A stretch of 64,000 bases of DNA from Candidatus Kerfeldbacteria bacterium (lineage in GTDB: Bacteria > Patescibacteriota > Patescibacteriia > UBA10025 > JAHIVO01): NCBI GenBank assembly GCA_047946875.1, contig CP181398.1, positions 574,514-638,513 of the forward strand, given 5' to 3'. This document shows, in pieces, positions 10,331-20,055 of this stretch (its first letter is position 1; each line of letters opens with the position of its first letter). A program made the translations under genes and the position numbers. Under the pieces are notes generated by a model. That model saw only the letters and a program-made list of their open reading frames with translations, had not been told where the DNA came from and ran no database searches.

Positions 10331-10529
10331 ATTTGGTTTACTTCTTTTAGTTAGTTAATTATTAATTATCGACCTTGCACTAATTATTACGCAGTAGAAA
10401 CGGTTTTATTTCAATAAAAAAAACACTCCTTACTTATGAGGTATTTCAAGTATTATTTAAATTCTTTTAACTACTATCTAATCCATACTTCAGATTCTGA
10501 CTCAGGAAAAGAAACAGGACAATTCCCCT

Positions 10530-10568
10530 TTTCAAAAAAATAGCCTCTTAATTAACTGGGGCTATTTT
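10530..10568. terminator. bidirectional terminator at the end of the MFS transporter gene
   Basis: TAGCCTCttaattaactGGGGCTA flanked by an A8 and a T8 run. Confidence 0.45.
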
Positions 10569-11739
10569 TTTTATTATATTTCCAAAGTAAATAAGCACCA
10601 GTAAAAAAAGCTGGAATAGTTATCAACATAGCAATTCTTGGGCTATCTGTTAAGACAACCAAGGTGCCAAATAAAACAGGTCCTATCCCAGCTGACGACC
10701 TTGAAGCTAAGGCATAAATTCCAAAATCAAGCCCAGCATGTTTCGCTTCAGAAACCTGAGTATAATAAGCTCGCAATAGAGATTGGGTAGAACCGATAAC
10801 TAAGGCACCAAGCACACCCACAACAACTAGCTGTATTTTAGTTTGAACGACAAAAATACCTAATACTATAATTATCCAAATAGCTACTGAAACTAAAAGT
10901 GGTTTAATTACACCAAATTTTTTTCCCATTCTCCCAAATATCCAAGTGGCTGGAAAAGCAATAAACTGAATACCGATCAAAAAAATACCTAATTCTTTAA
11001 TACTTACACCTAACGTCTCTCTGGCATAAAGACTACCAAAAAAAGTAATAATATATATTCCCCCACTAATAAACCAGACTACAATTAATAGTGTTAAAAC
11101 GTTATTTATTTTTGCTTCTTGCCAAGCTTCTTTCAGTGAGGTAATGGCTTGTTCACTTACAATTTGTGAGGGCAAAAGTTTTAATGACACAATAGAAAAA
11201 ATAACAAAAAATCCTGCCGTTACATATATTCCAACTACAGACGGATCCGTCGATCCACCCTGTGCTACGATCACAAGTGCTAAACATACTAATCCACCTA
11301 AATATCCAAAACCCCAAGCAAAAGATGAAACAATACTGGCATTTTCTTTGGGAGCAATCTGAGGCAGGAATGAATCATAAATAATCTGCGATAAAACAAA
11401 AAAGATATTAGTAAACAATAATACAATAAAATAAACTTGCACCGAAATCTCAGTTAACAAACCAAGTAAAATAACTCCGACAACTGCCAAAGCTATAAAA
11501 TAAGAAAAGATCTTCTTTCTATTGCCAATATCACTCCTATGACCAAAAAAAGGTCCGAGTAATATAGCAATAGTAACACTTAAAGAAATTCCTAATCCCC
11601 ACCAAAAATCAGAACTCCTCGCCCCCTCCATGATTGTTTCCTTAAAAAACAATGGAAACAAAAAAGAAAGCATAATCAGCACATAGCCAGTATTAGCAAA
11701 ATCGTAAAACGCAAAACCCCAAAAATGTTTTTTATTCAT
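10552..11739 (-). CDS. MFS transporter
   Basis: 395 aa with about 12 predicted TM helices and the GHRSDIGNRKK loop after TM2, which is typical of the major facilitator superfamily. Confidence 0.8.
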   Translation of the reverse strand: MNKKHFWGFAFYDFANTGYVLIMLSFLFPLFFKETIMEGARSSDFWWGLGISLSVTIAILLGPFFGHRSDIGNRKKIFSYFIALAVVGVILLGLLTEISVQVYFIVLLFTNIFFVLSQIIYDSFLPQIAPKENASIVSSFAWGFGYLGGLVCLALVIVAQGGSTDPSVVGIYVTAGFFVIFSIVSLKLLPSQIVSEQAITSLKEAWQEAKINNVLTLLIVVWFISGGIYIITFFGSLYARETLGVSIKELGIFLIGIQFIAFPATWIFGRMGKKFGVIKPLLVSVAIWIIIVLGIFVVQTKIQLVVVGVLGALVIGSTQSLLRAYYTQVSEAKHAGLDFGIYALASRSSAGIGPVLFGTLVVLTDSPRIAMLITIPAFFTGAYLLWKYNKKNSPS

Positions 11740-11951
11740 GTGATAAGTATACCAAGAAAAACCATTCCAATAAAGAAATTTTTCAAAATAAAAAAGGGAC
11801 CGACAATGTCAAACCTTAAATACTTTTTTTAAGTATAGCTAAAACTTGAATTTACCTTCATGCCACATAATAGAAAATACTAGCAATAACGTTTGATAAG
11901 CTTTTTGATTTTAGCAACGATAATTTAAAATTTATTTCATCTGCCGTTTTT

Positions 11952-13022
11952 TTATTTACTTTTTACTGGCAGACTATTACTTTGAAAATACTTCAAATAC
12001 ATTTCGATGGTAGTAACTAATAATATCATGATCACAGGGCCATAGATGAACCCTAAAATTCCAAAAACCTGCAAACCTCCAATCACTCCTAATATAATTA
12101 AAGCTGGATGAAGTTCGGCTTTTTTTGATACAAGTTTTGGTCGTAAAAAATTATCAATATTCCCGATAATCAGAACACTCACCACAAGTAACATTATCCC
12201 CTGCCATATACCGCCAGTTAAAAATAAAATTGCAATAATTGGTACCATTACAAAACCATAACCAACCATCGGGATAACTCCTAAAAAAACCATTATTAAA
12301 GTTAAAAATAAAACATACGGAACTCCAGCTATTGCTAAAAATATTCCTGATACAACACCCTGAACAAGAGAAATAGCGAAAGTTCCCTTGATCATCGATT
12401 TAGACATTTCAATAACTCTAGTGAAATAAACCGTATCTATTCTATCATCTAATGGACTGAGTTTCTCAAAAAACTTAAATAACTTTTTGTATAATGGAAA
12501 GAAAGAATACAAAAGAATTATATACATAATTACCCAAGTAAATGTATTGAATGCTCCACTGCCAATATTAGGTAATCTTTCTAAGAAATAATTCCCTACC
12601 GCCTCAGCTCCATTATTAATATGAACCTTGGCTTCCATAACCGTCAAAGTACTCATATCTCCCGGCATGATGGATGCTAAATCATTAAATCTTGTTACGA
12701 AGTTTTCTATATTAACTATCCCCCCCGATCCAGTAAAGTCTTCACTTAATTGTATTATCTGATTTACAGTCAATGCTCCAACCAAAACTATGGGAATTAA
12801 AACTACAAAAAATACTATTACAACCGTCATTAAAGCTGCAACTTTTTGTTTTTTAATGAAATGTCTATGAAACCACTCGTATACTGGTTTAAAAAATGCA
12901 GCCGTTAGAAAAGCTAAAATTATTGCTGAAAAGAATGGTTTCAAAACCATAAAAGAAAGAACCAATATTATTAGTGCAATAAGATAAAAAAATGATTGTC
13001 TTTGTAATAAATTAATTTTCAT
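11952..13022 (-). CDS. AI-2E family transporter (PerM/YdiK-like, UPF0118)
   Basis: 356 aa polytopic membrane protein with the characteristic AI-2E layout, including the long N-terminal TM pair and a C-terminal cluster of TM helices. Confidence 0.75.
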   Translation of the reverse strand: MKINLLQRQSFFYLIALIILVLSFMVLKPFFSAIILAFLTAAFFKPVYEWFHRHFIKKQKVAALMTVVIVFFVVLIPIVLVGALTVNQIIQLSEDFTGSGGIVNIENFVTRFNDLASIMPGDMSTLTVMEAKVHINNGAEAVGNYFLERLPNIGSGAFNTFTWVIMYIILLYSFFPLYKKLFKFFEKLSPLDDRIDTVYFTRVIEMSKSMIKGTFAISLVQGVVSGIFLAIAGVPYVLFLTLIMVFLGVIPMVGYGFVMVPIIAILFLTGGIWQGIMLLVVSVLIIGNIDNFLRPKLVSKKAELHPALIILGVIGGLQVFGILGFIYGPVIMILLVTTIEMYLKYFQSNSLPVKSK

Positions 13023-13223
13023 ATTATCTAGTATAATTATATCAAAAATTACTAAAACAGACGAGGTAATTATGACCCTGCAAATGGAGTCCCAAATATT
13101 CCAACGCTAAGTTCCGCCCAAATAAGAAGAAGTGCTATCCCAATTACTATAGATAATATTCTATATTTCCAACTAATCATTTTTATTACTTAGTAGTAAT
13201 ATGTGTTCTCGTATTTTTAATTC

Positions 13224-14270
13224 CTACCTTGCTGGCAATTCTTTTTTACACACTCCGCTATCACATGTCAAAATAGCCTTGCTCTGCTCTTCGCAATAAT
13301 AATCATCCCATAATGGACATTTAGCAAAATTACATCCATATTCCGCCTGTAATTCTGAATATTTCGTACTAAAATCTTCTAGATTCACTCCTACCCATTG
13401 TTCTTCGTCATAATCAGGGCAATCTTGTTGTGGACAACATACACTAAAATCCTCTGTAGTGTCAGCGAACATACAATCAGATGCTTGTTCGCAAGACGTT
13501 GATACACCTAAATTTAATAACTTTTGTGAATTATTCCCGCATATAGTTTCACATTCACCTATATCAACAAACGGAATAGTATCACCCATTGAGCTACATC
13601 CGGATATATATTTGCATAACGAACCGTCGTAGTATACACCGAGTACCATTTCACACGTACCATAACTTTGAGAGGGACGCCAATTGCAAATCTCATTTGT
13701 CCCTTGCATGGCTGTACAATCAAGGTCAATACATCCCATGAATCGAGAATTACTACACATACATTCTTCAGTTGCTTCATTTGTACATTTTCCATACCAC
13801 TCTGAAGACGTATTACACTCGCATGTTTCTACAGAAAGACAATCCTCTCGTTTGTTACAACGAGTATTGTCAGAAATGTCACCACATGAAACACTCCCGC
13901 TTGATGGACAATAACAACTCCCTGCACCGCCACAATCAGCCGTACAAATATCTCCACTACAGCCACTTGAAACACATCTTTGTTCACAGTTGGTAGGGCA
14001 GTCACCATATGTAAACTGACTGCAATAATCATTCGTACATGTAGAAGTAGTGTTTACGTTTATGCTATTTGTATTAGCATTATTTAATATTGCAGTATTT
14101 ATATTTATATTATTACTATTCAAACTAGGACTTTTACCTATTGAAAACACAAATAACATAATTGCTACTCCAACTACTAATGAAATTCCAACAATACTTA
14201 CTCCAATCCAAAGAATTACTTTATTACCTTTAATTTTATTTTCGGAAGAGTCGTCTTGTTGAATTGACAT
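13224..14270 (-). CDS. Cys-rich exported protein with an N-terminal TM anchor and an Asn-rich linker
   Basis: 348 aa. An N-terminal TM helix is followed by an Asn-rich low-complexity segment, then about 48 Cys arranged in repeated CxxC, CxC and CC patterns. GC content is higher than the flanking genes. The internal ORFs in the track are spurious. Confidence 0.6.
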   Translation of the reverse strand: MSIQQDDSSENKIKGNKVILWIGVSIVGISLVVGVAIMLFVFSIGKSPSLNSNNININTAILNNANTNSINVNTTSTCTNDYCSQFTYGDCPTNCEQRCVSSGCSGDICTADCGGAGSCYCPSSGSVSCGDISDNTRCNKREDCLSVETCECNTSSEWYGKCTNEATEECMCSNSRFMGCIDLDCTAMQGTNEICNWRPSQSYGTCEMVLGVYYDGSLCKYISGCSSMGDTIPFVDIGECETICGNNSQKLLNLGVSTSCEQASDCMFADTTEDFSVCCPQQDCPDYDEEQWVGVNLEDFSTKYSELQAEYGCNFAKCPLWDDYYCEEQSKAILTCDSGVCKKELPAR

Positions 14271-14424
14271 ATTTATTAATTTAACTTTCTCCCATGTAAA
14301 GATTACTTATATATTATACCAAAAAACACCTCCGTTAACCACTAAAGGATTCACGGCCTTGTATATAGGGAGATTGCTTCTGTCGGGGGTTAGTGGACAA
14401 AGTAAGAACTGAGATTCGATATAA

Positions 14425-14871
14425 TCAACTACTAGAAAAATCTCCAAATAATAATCCCACTATAAATATTATATAAAATAATGACATAAAAATTATTAAA
14501 GATATTTTTCGGATATGAGTAGCTTTAGAAATATTATCTAATTGCCATTGAAATATTTTTTTTGAATACGAATAAGCACTTAGAGATAAAAGACTACCAA
14601 GCACAATTAAAGCAATTGCAAATAAATATATTATTAATTGATGATCCCCTGATAAAATACTCCCAATTATTAAATAACAACTAAAACATAAAAAAAATAA
14701 CCCAAAAAATACACCAGACCTAAATCCATTTAGTCTTTTAATATTATCGGTGGACTGAAACTTCTTAACCCACTTAGTATTGTTAACTTTTGTAAATGCT
14801 TTAATACTTAAATAAATCATTGAGACCGTAAATACTATTATTGGAATTATTGTGCCTTGATTAACAGACAT
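14425..14871 (-). CDS. hypothetical small membrane protein (4 TM)
   Basis: 148 aa, mostly hydrophobic helices. Confidence 0.45.
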   Translation of the reverse strand: MSVNQGTIIPIIVFTVSMIYLSIKAFTKVNNTKWVKKFQSTDNIKRLNGFRSGVFFGLFFLCFSCYLIIGSILSGDHQLIIYLFAIALIVLGSLLSLSAYSYSKKIFQWQLDNISKATHIRKISLIIFMSLFYIIFIVGLLFGDFSSS

Positions 14872-14904
14872 AAAATCATACTAATTTATTTTTATTATAA
14901 TTCA

Positions 14905-14978
14905 AGTATACCAAAAAACACCTCAACCTGCGAGGTGAGCTCTGGCAGGGGCTCGTACCTGCCTGCCGGCAGGCAGGG
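14905..14978 (-). terminator. terminator + extended -10 promoter cassette: two hairpins, T6, then TGGTATACT
   Basis: Minus strand CCCTGCCTGCCGGCAGGCAGGG ... CACCTCgcaggttGAGGTG-TTTTTT-GGTATACT. It terminates the 14997..15734 gene and provides an extended -10 (TGnTATAcT) about 34 nt before the 14425..14871 start. Confidence 0.55.
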
Positions 14979-14996
14979 AAAATGTTAGAACTGCAA

Positions 14997-15734
14997 TTAT
15001 TTGTTATTCCCATTCGTCTGCATAGTTGACCCAGATTCAATCTCGGGAATCTTAAATCCTTTTACTATTAACCAAATAGCCAACACTAGCTCCTGTATTG
15101 CTAATGGCGCAAATAACATAGTTGATAATGTGGAATTTGGATCTTCATTGATTAACAGAGGCAATAACCCTGAAATTAGCATAAGTGGAGCTCCAATAAT
15201 CCCCCAGACTGATAACCATCTTGGGATAAGTTTCGATTTGTAGAATAAGCAATATAAAATTATTGCACCAACACTAAAAACCGTATATCCAAGCATCCAA
15301 GTATAATCGGATACTGATAAAATTATATTTTTTAAGGTTTCAAAATAAGCTATATCTACAGATCCTGCTAGCGTAAATTCCCGGCTTAAGGCTAATATTG
15401 ATAGAAAACCAAGTATACCAACTAAGAAAATTCCACCCTCCATCACTCTACTGCCAAGATACCAATTTGCTAAACCTTCTTTTATTCCTGAATCTTTTTT
15501 TAATACTGGATAAATCATAAATGCGATAGCCGCTACTGCTATTGCCATTACCAACGCAAACATAGCTGCTAATATTACATTTGTTTCATTATTCGAAACA
15601 TTCAGCAACACGTCTCCATCGGTAAATAATGACCCCAAAGAAGCAGCTGATAATACTCCGGCAACGGTTGCAACGAGATATAATATACCGGCCCACAATG
15701 CCGCTTTTCTACTTGAAGTCATTTTCTCTTTCAT
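14997..15734 (-). CDS. DUF4386-like membrane protein
   Basis: 245 aa with six hydrophobic helices. The N-terminus (SRKAALWAGILYLVATVAGVLS) resembles the DUF4386 family. Confidence 0.5.
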   Translation of the reverse strand: MKEKMTSSRKAALWAGILYLVATVAGVLSAASLGSLFTDGDVLLNVSNNETNVILAAMFALVMAIAVAAIAFMIYPVLKKDSGIKEGLANWYLGSRVMEGGIFLVGILGFLSILALSREFTLAGSVDIAYFETLKNIILSVSDYTWMLGYTVFSVGAIILYCLFYKSKLIPRWLSVWGIIGAPLMLISGLLPLLINEDPNSTLSTMLFAPLAIQELVLAIWLIVKGFKIPEIESGSTMQTNGNNK

Positions 15735-15822
15735 AATTTTATAATTAAATAATTAACTTATTTAAGTATACCAAAAAATACCTAAATCATCGAGGTGACT
15801 TTTGATAACTTTGTAATCATAG

Positions 15823-16638
15823 TTATTGTTGTTTTATAAAATTATTTACAAATTCATTAAATTTATTTGGATTATCCATATTTGCACAATGTCCTGCATT
15901 TTCAATCATAAAATATTTGCTATTATTAATTTCGGTAGGCAATTCTTTTGCTATTTTCTTTGACAATTCTATATTAAACTCTCCTACTAGTATCAAAGTT
16001 TGGTATTGTAGTTTAATGTTCTCTCTGTCTTTAATAATATTTTGAAGTCCTGACATTACCATAAATGATTTTCTTTTATAATGGCTAGTAGTTTCATAAA
16101 ATAAGGCCTGTGCTTTTTCTGATTTACAAATATTCTTCGCAGTCATTTTTCTAAATGATTTCATAGAAAACATTGCTCTAAATATCAAACTCAAATTATA
16201 AGACCTTTGAGCTTTAGCAACTTCTTTATCTACTTTATTTATATTATACCCGCCCAATATTGTTAGAGATTTAGTTTTTTCTGGATTTTTTAAGGCAAAA
16301 TATTGGGCAATTAATGAACCCATTGAAATTCCTACAAGATGAGTACTCTCAAATCCCTCAATTTTCATTATTTCATCAATATGTTTTTCTGAGATATCAA
16401 TTTTATCTTTTGATTTATTGGCTTTTGATAATCCATGTCCTATTAAATCTATTGTAATAATTCTAAAATCTTTAGAGAAAAAATCAATTTGTTGATCGAA
16501 TGCTCGATGATCTGAGAAAGCAGGATGTAAAAATACTATTAAATCCTTATCTTTTTTCCCAGAAATATAATAATGAATTTCATAGTCAACTTGTTTTAGA
16601 GTTTTATGCTCAATGTGTTCAGTAATATTTACAGTCAT
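15823..16638 (-). CDS. alpha/beta-fold hydrolase
   Basis: 271 aa with an HPAFSDH region and the nucleophile elbow GISMGS (GxSxG). AAAGGAAACAACC lies upstream of the ATG. Confidence 0.8.
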   Translation of the reverse strand: MTVNITEHIEHKTLKQVDYEIHYYISGKKDKDLIVFLHPAFSDHRAFDQQIDFFSKDFRIITIDLIGHGLSKANKSKDKIDISEKHIDEIMKIEGFESTHLVGISMGSLIAQYFALKNPEKTKSLTILGGYNINKVDKEVAKAQRSYNLSLIFRAMFSMKSFRKMTAKNICKSEKAQALFYETTSHYKRKSFMVMSGLQNIIKDRENIKLQYQTLILVGEFNIELSKKIAKELPTEINNSKYFMIENAGHCANMDNPNKFNEFVNNFIKQQ

Positions 16639-16906
16639 ATGGTTGTTTCCTTTTATTTATTTAATTTTACCAAATCCTAATTGAAATAAGAATAGTTTAT
16701 CATTTGCCAATCAAGGCAATTCTGTGTACCAGGAATGACGCTTACGGATCCGGTCCAGCCAGTATTATCCCCTGTTTCATAGTCAGGATTAACCAGTAAA
16801 TTGATGGCTGCCAGGGCAGTTTGACATTAAAAAGGCTAACGACAGATACTAACCCTGCGCATAAAACAAAAAACGATATCAAAAATAATAGAATTATTAT
16901 ATATTA

Positions 16907-17623
16907 TTATTTTTTAAGAACTTTCTTCAATATCTCTTCCTTATCAATTTTTTTACTACAAAAAAACCAATCCTGGCATTCTAACTCTTCTTTACCGTCC
17001 ATCCTGTCTTTTGCAACACCACATGAACCGGCAGGTCCCATAATTACATCATCTCCCGGTCTCCAATCAGCGGGGGTAGCAATCTCAAAAGCATCAGCTG
17101 CTTGCATAGCAACTAAAGCTCGATAAATTTCATCAAAATTACGTCCCAGACTCAATGGATAATAAATAATAGCTCTTATTATTCCCTTTGGATCTATAAA
17201 AAACACAGCACGTACGGCTTTAGTAGAATCTTCCCCAGGCTGTATCATTCCATACTTTTTAGCTACTTCCATTGTGATATCCTCAATCAATGGGAAATTT
17301 ACCTCCACATTTTTCATCCCCTTGTATTCAATCTTTTCCTTAATAGTTCTCAGCCAGGCAATATGGCTATATAATCCATCAATCGACAATCCAACTAATT
17401 TGCAATTTGCTTCCAAAAACTTCTTTTCCATAGATGCAAAAGTGATAAACTCCGAAGTACAAACTGGGGTAAAATCAGCTGGGTGGCTGAAAAGAATTAC
17501 CCAATCACCAGAATAATCTTCAGGAAAATTAATTTCGCCCTGCGTCGTAACTGCCTTAAATTTAGGTGCTTGATCACCAATTCGTGGCATAGCGGGTATT
17601 TGATTTTCATTTTCTTTTTCCAT
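16907..17623 (-). CDS. peroxiredoxin (1-Cys/Prx6-like) with a C-terminal CxxxxC extension
   Basis: 238 aa. The active-site motif DFTPVCTSEF and the WVILFSHPADFTPVCT context match 1-Cys peroxiredoxins. A C-terminal CQDWFFC extension follows. Confidence 0.9.
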   Translation of the reverse strand: MEKENENQIPAMPRIGDQAPKFKAVTTQGEINFPEDYSGDWVILFSHPADFTPVCTSEFITFASMEKKFLEANCKLVGLSIDGLYSHIAWLRTIKEKIEYKGMKNVEVNFPLIEDITMEVAKKYGMIQPGEDSTKAVRAVFFIDPKGIIRAIIYYPLSLGRNFDEIYRALVAMQAADAFEIATPADWRPGDDVIMGPAGSCGVAKDRMDGKEELECQDWFFCSKKIDKEEILKKVLKK

Positions 17624-17653
17624 ATTTATTAATTAATAATTAATTCATAATTA

Positions 17654-17728
17654 AGTATAACAAAAATCACCTCAACCTACGAGGTGGGCTCTGGCGGGTA
17701 TTAATAAATGACGTTAAAACTTATATTA
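17654..17728 (-). terminator. terminator + promoter cassette, family member
   Basis: Minus strand ...AACGTCATTTATTAATACCCGCCAGAGCCCACCTCgtaggttGAGGTG-ATTTTTG-TTATACT, upstream of the peroxiredoxin gene. Confidence 0.5.
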
Positions 17729-18748
17729 TTAAATATACTTTTCAAAAATACCAAAAGTTCTTCCTTTTTTAGCACCAAAAATTTTAGCCAAAAACTGCGG
17801 AGGAACATTTTTCTTCAATATCCAAGAGGCCTCTGCTTCTTTATAATCTTTATCTATTAATGTTTTCATTAATAAATTACCCATTTGTTTGCCAATGCCT
17901 TGCCTTAAATAATCAGAATGCACTCCGATCGAAACAATTCTTGCTTTATCAATCTTACCTTCAAAAATTTTTTGATTATAATCCGGTAGACAAACAAGTG
18001 AACCGATAATTTTTTTATTGTCGTCCTCAGCAATTATTATTAAATCCTTATCCATAAATGGTATTAATCTATTTATTAGCTTACCTTCTTCCTCTAAAGT
18101 TCTAGGAATGTATCCTTCATGTGATATAAAAACATCAATTTGAAATTTATGAAATAATTTTATTTCATTTTCTATATCCTTATCATTAAATGTTCGGAGT
18201 TTTACATTGTCTTTAGATTTTACGTACTTCGCAATTTTTTTATTAAAATAAAAAGTAACCAATTTTTGAGATAATTTATAGTTTGCCTTTTTAATTATTT
18301 TTTTATAATATTTTGGGTTGTAAGATGTAAATATTGATGGCGGAATATTAAATTTAGAAATTTGTAAACCAGCTTGCATATTATCAATCTTTGGAAAAAT
18401 TACCTTCTTTACCTTATTTACTAATAATTTATCCTCTAATGCTCGAAACAATTCATTCATCTCTTTTTTATATTTCTCCAAACCCTCAAAATACCCAATC
18501 CAACCAACTCCTTTACTTTCAGGAGGTAGTATTGCGACACCACGAGCAATAGGCATATCATTATCTTCAAGAATCATCGGCCAACATTGATACCTAGGCC
18601 CACCAAGTAACTCAAATATTTGCTCTTTTAATTGTTTACGGTCTTCTATTATCCAATTTTTATCCCCTTTATATACTTCGACAGGAATATCAAAAAACTT
18701 ATTCCATAGATCATTATCACTTTTTTTTGATAATTCAATTATTTTCAT
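17729..18748 (-). CDS. two-domain GNAT-fold acyl/aminoacyl-transferase-like protein
   Basis: 339 aa. The C-terminal motif VSIGVHSDYLRQGIGKQMGNLLMK is an acetyl-CoA-binding-like Q/RxxGxG motif A. The N-terminal half looks like a second GNAT-like domain. Confidence 0.45.
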   Translation of the reverse strand: MKIIELSKKSDNDLWNKFFDIPVEVYKGDKNWIIEDRKQLKEQIFELLGGPRYQCWPMILEDNDMPIARGVAILPPESKGVGWIGYFEGLEKYKKEMNELFRALEDKLLVNKVKKVIFPKIDNMQAGLQISKFNIPPSIFTSYNPKYYKKIIKKANYKLSQKLVTFYFNKKIAKYVKSKDNVKLRTFNDKDIENEIKLFHKFQIDVFISHEGYIPRTLEEEGKLINRLIPFMDKDLIIIAEDDNKKIIGSLVCLPDYNQKIFEGKIDKARIVSIGVHSDYLRQGIGKQMGNLLMKTLIDKDYKEAEASWILKKNVPPQFLAKIFGAKKGRTFGIFEKYI

Positions 18749-20051
18749 TTTCTCTCATTACTCTAATTAATTTATTTGAATTTTTATTTCTTATAGGACC
18801 TTCATAAATATAATTTATTTCAGGTGTTATAGCTTTTATTTTATTTACCCAAAAATTTATATTTTCTATAATTTTATTTTCAATATCCCTGCTTACTTGA
18901 TTATTAACAGTGACTAATCTTATTGTTATTGACCCATTAATATGCTGTATTGCCTGAAATTCTAAAATATATTCCGAAGCCTGATTAATTGATCTTCTGA
19001 CATAATCAGGAAACAAATATCTCTCCTTACCATCATTAGATTTCAAAATAAAAATATCGTCTTCACGACCATGTATTTTTTTTATTATTTGAAAATTTGA
19101 ACCACACTTACATTTTTTATCATCTAATTCCATTACGTCATGAAGAGAATATCTTACAAATGGAGCACATGTTCTATACAAATCAGTTACCAAAACTCTT
19201 TTTAAATTTTCATTTTCCTTATCAATATTTTCAAACTCAAAAAAAGTAGTATCCTCATTCAAATGAAGACTACCCTCTTTACAAGTAGCAGCAAGAAAAC
19301 CCTCAGCCCCCTGATAAATTTCAATTAATTTAGAACCAAAACTATCTACTAACGTATTTTTGACTTTTTCAGACAAAACCTCTGCATATGAAATTAATAA
19401 TTTTGGCTTAACAACTATCTCATCTATTTTTTTGCTAATCATATATAACAAAGAAGGTGGTCCAGCAATAACATTTATTTTTTTATCATTAATTTCATAA
19501 ATCAGCTTGTCGACATTTACGGTATAATCTGCATATGATATATATATACCAAATTTTTTTACTTCCATGAATGCAGCATTATTTCTTCTCAACAAAAACA
19601 AAACTCTTGGTTTTTTTACATATGATATTATATTACTTCTTGCCAACAATAATGTTGGGTACAATTCTCTTTCAGATTTTGACAAAACAGTTAAAGTTAC
19701 ATTTCCCGATGTACCTGAAGACAAACCTATTGAATAATTTTCATTAAACAAACCAATTGAATTTGAACGCTGCTGCTTGATACTAAAATCTAACAGAATA
19801 TCTTTTTTTAATCCTGCAGTATTAATATTATCAAAGTTGTCCATAAAAACCTTTTTATCAATAACAGGTAATTTTTCAAAATTGTCATTATCCTTCAAGA
19901 TATCTCGATAATATATTGATTTTCTTTTCAATAATGCTATTAATTTATTAAGTCTTTTTTCTTGATGTCTTTTAATTCTTTGTTTTGACCAATTATAAAA
20001 TCTAATTTTTAATATAATTATATAAAAAAGTGATTTTAAAGCATTTTTCAT
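18735..20051 (-). CDS. adenylate-forming enzyme (PaaK / coenzyme F390 synthetase / LuxE acyl-protein synthetase-like)
   Basis: 438 aa with the GLSSGTSGNVT phosphate-binding motif that characterises the PaaK/F390-synthetase/LuxE branch. It overlaps the downstream GNAT gene by 14 nt, so the two form an operon. Confidence 0.5.
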   Translation of the reverse strand: MKNALKSLFYIIILKIRFYNWSKQRIKRHQEKRLNKLIALLKRKSIYYRDILKDNDNFEKLPVIDKKVFMDNFDNINTAGLKKDILLDFSIKQQRSNSIGLFNENYSIGLSSGTSGNVTLTVLSKSERELYPTLLLARSNIISYVKKPRVLFLLRRNNAAFMEVKKFGIYISYADYTVNVDKLIYEINDKKINVIAGPPSLLYMISKKIDEIVVKPKLLISYAEVLSEKVKNTLVDSFGSKLIEIYQGAEGFLAATCKEGSLHLNEDTTFFEFENIDKENENLKRVLVTDLYRTCAPFVRYSLHDVMELDDKKCKCGSNFQIIKKIHGREDDIFILKSNDGKERYLFPDYVRRSINQASEYILEFQAIQHINGSITIRLVTVNNQVSRDIENKIIENINFWVNKIKAITPEINYIYEGPIRNKNSNKLIRVMRENENN

Positions 20052-20055
20052 TAAT

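Noticed and set aside
13559-14262. Cluster of 60-80-aa ORFs on both strands inside the Cys-rich protein gene.
   Set aside because: They are alternative-frame artefacts of a long gene with skewed composition. None has start-site signals.
16700-16870. SRP (4.5S) RNA or TPP riboswitch in the GC-rich patch.
   Set aside because: CUGUGUACCAGG and GCCAGGGCAG resemble 4.5S flanks, but the conserved domain IV core (GGUCCGGAAGGAAGCAGCC with its GGAA tetraloop) is absent. The TPP-like pieces (GATCCGG, ATAATACTGGC) are in the wrong order. It is kept only as an unclassified GC-rich element.
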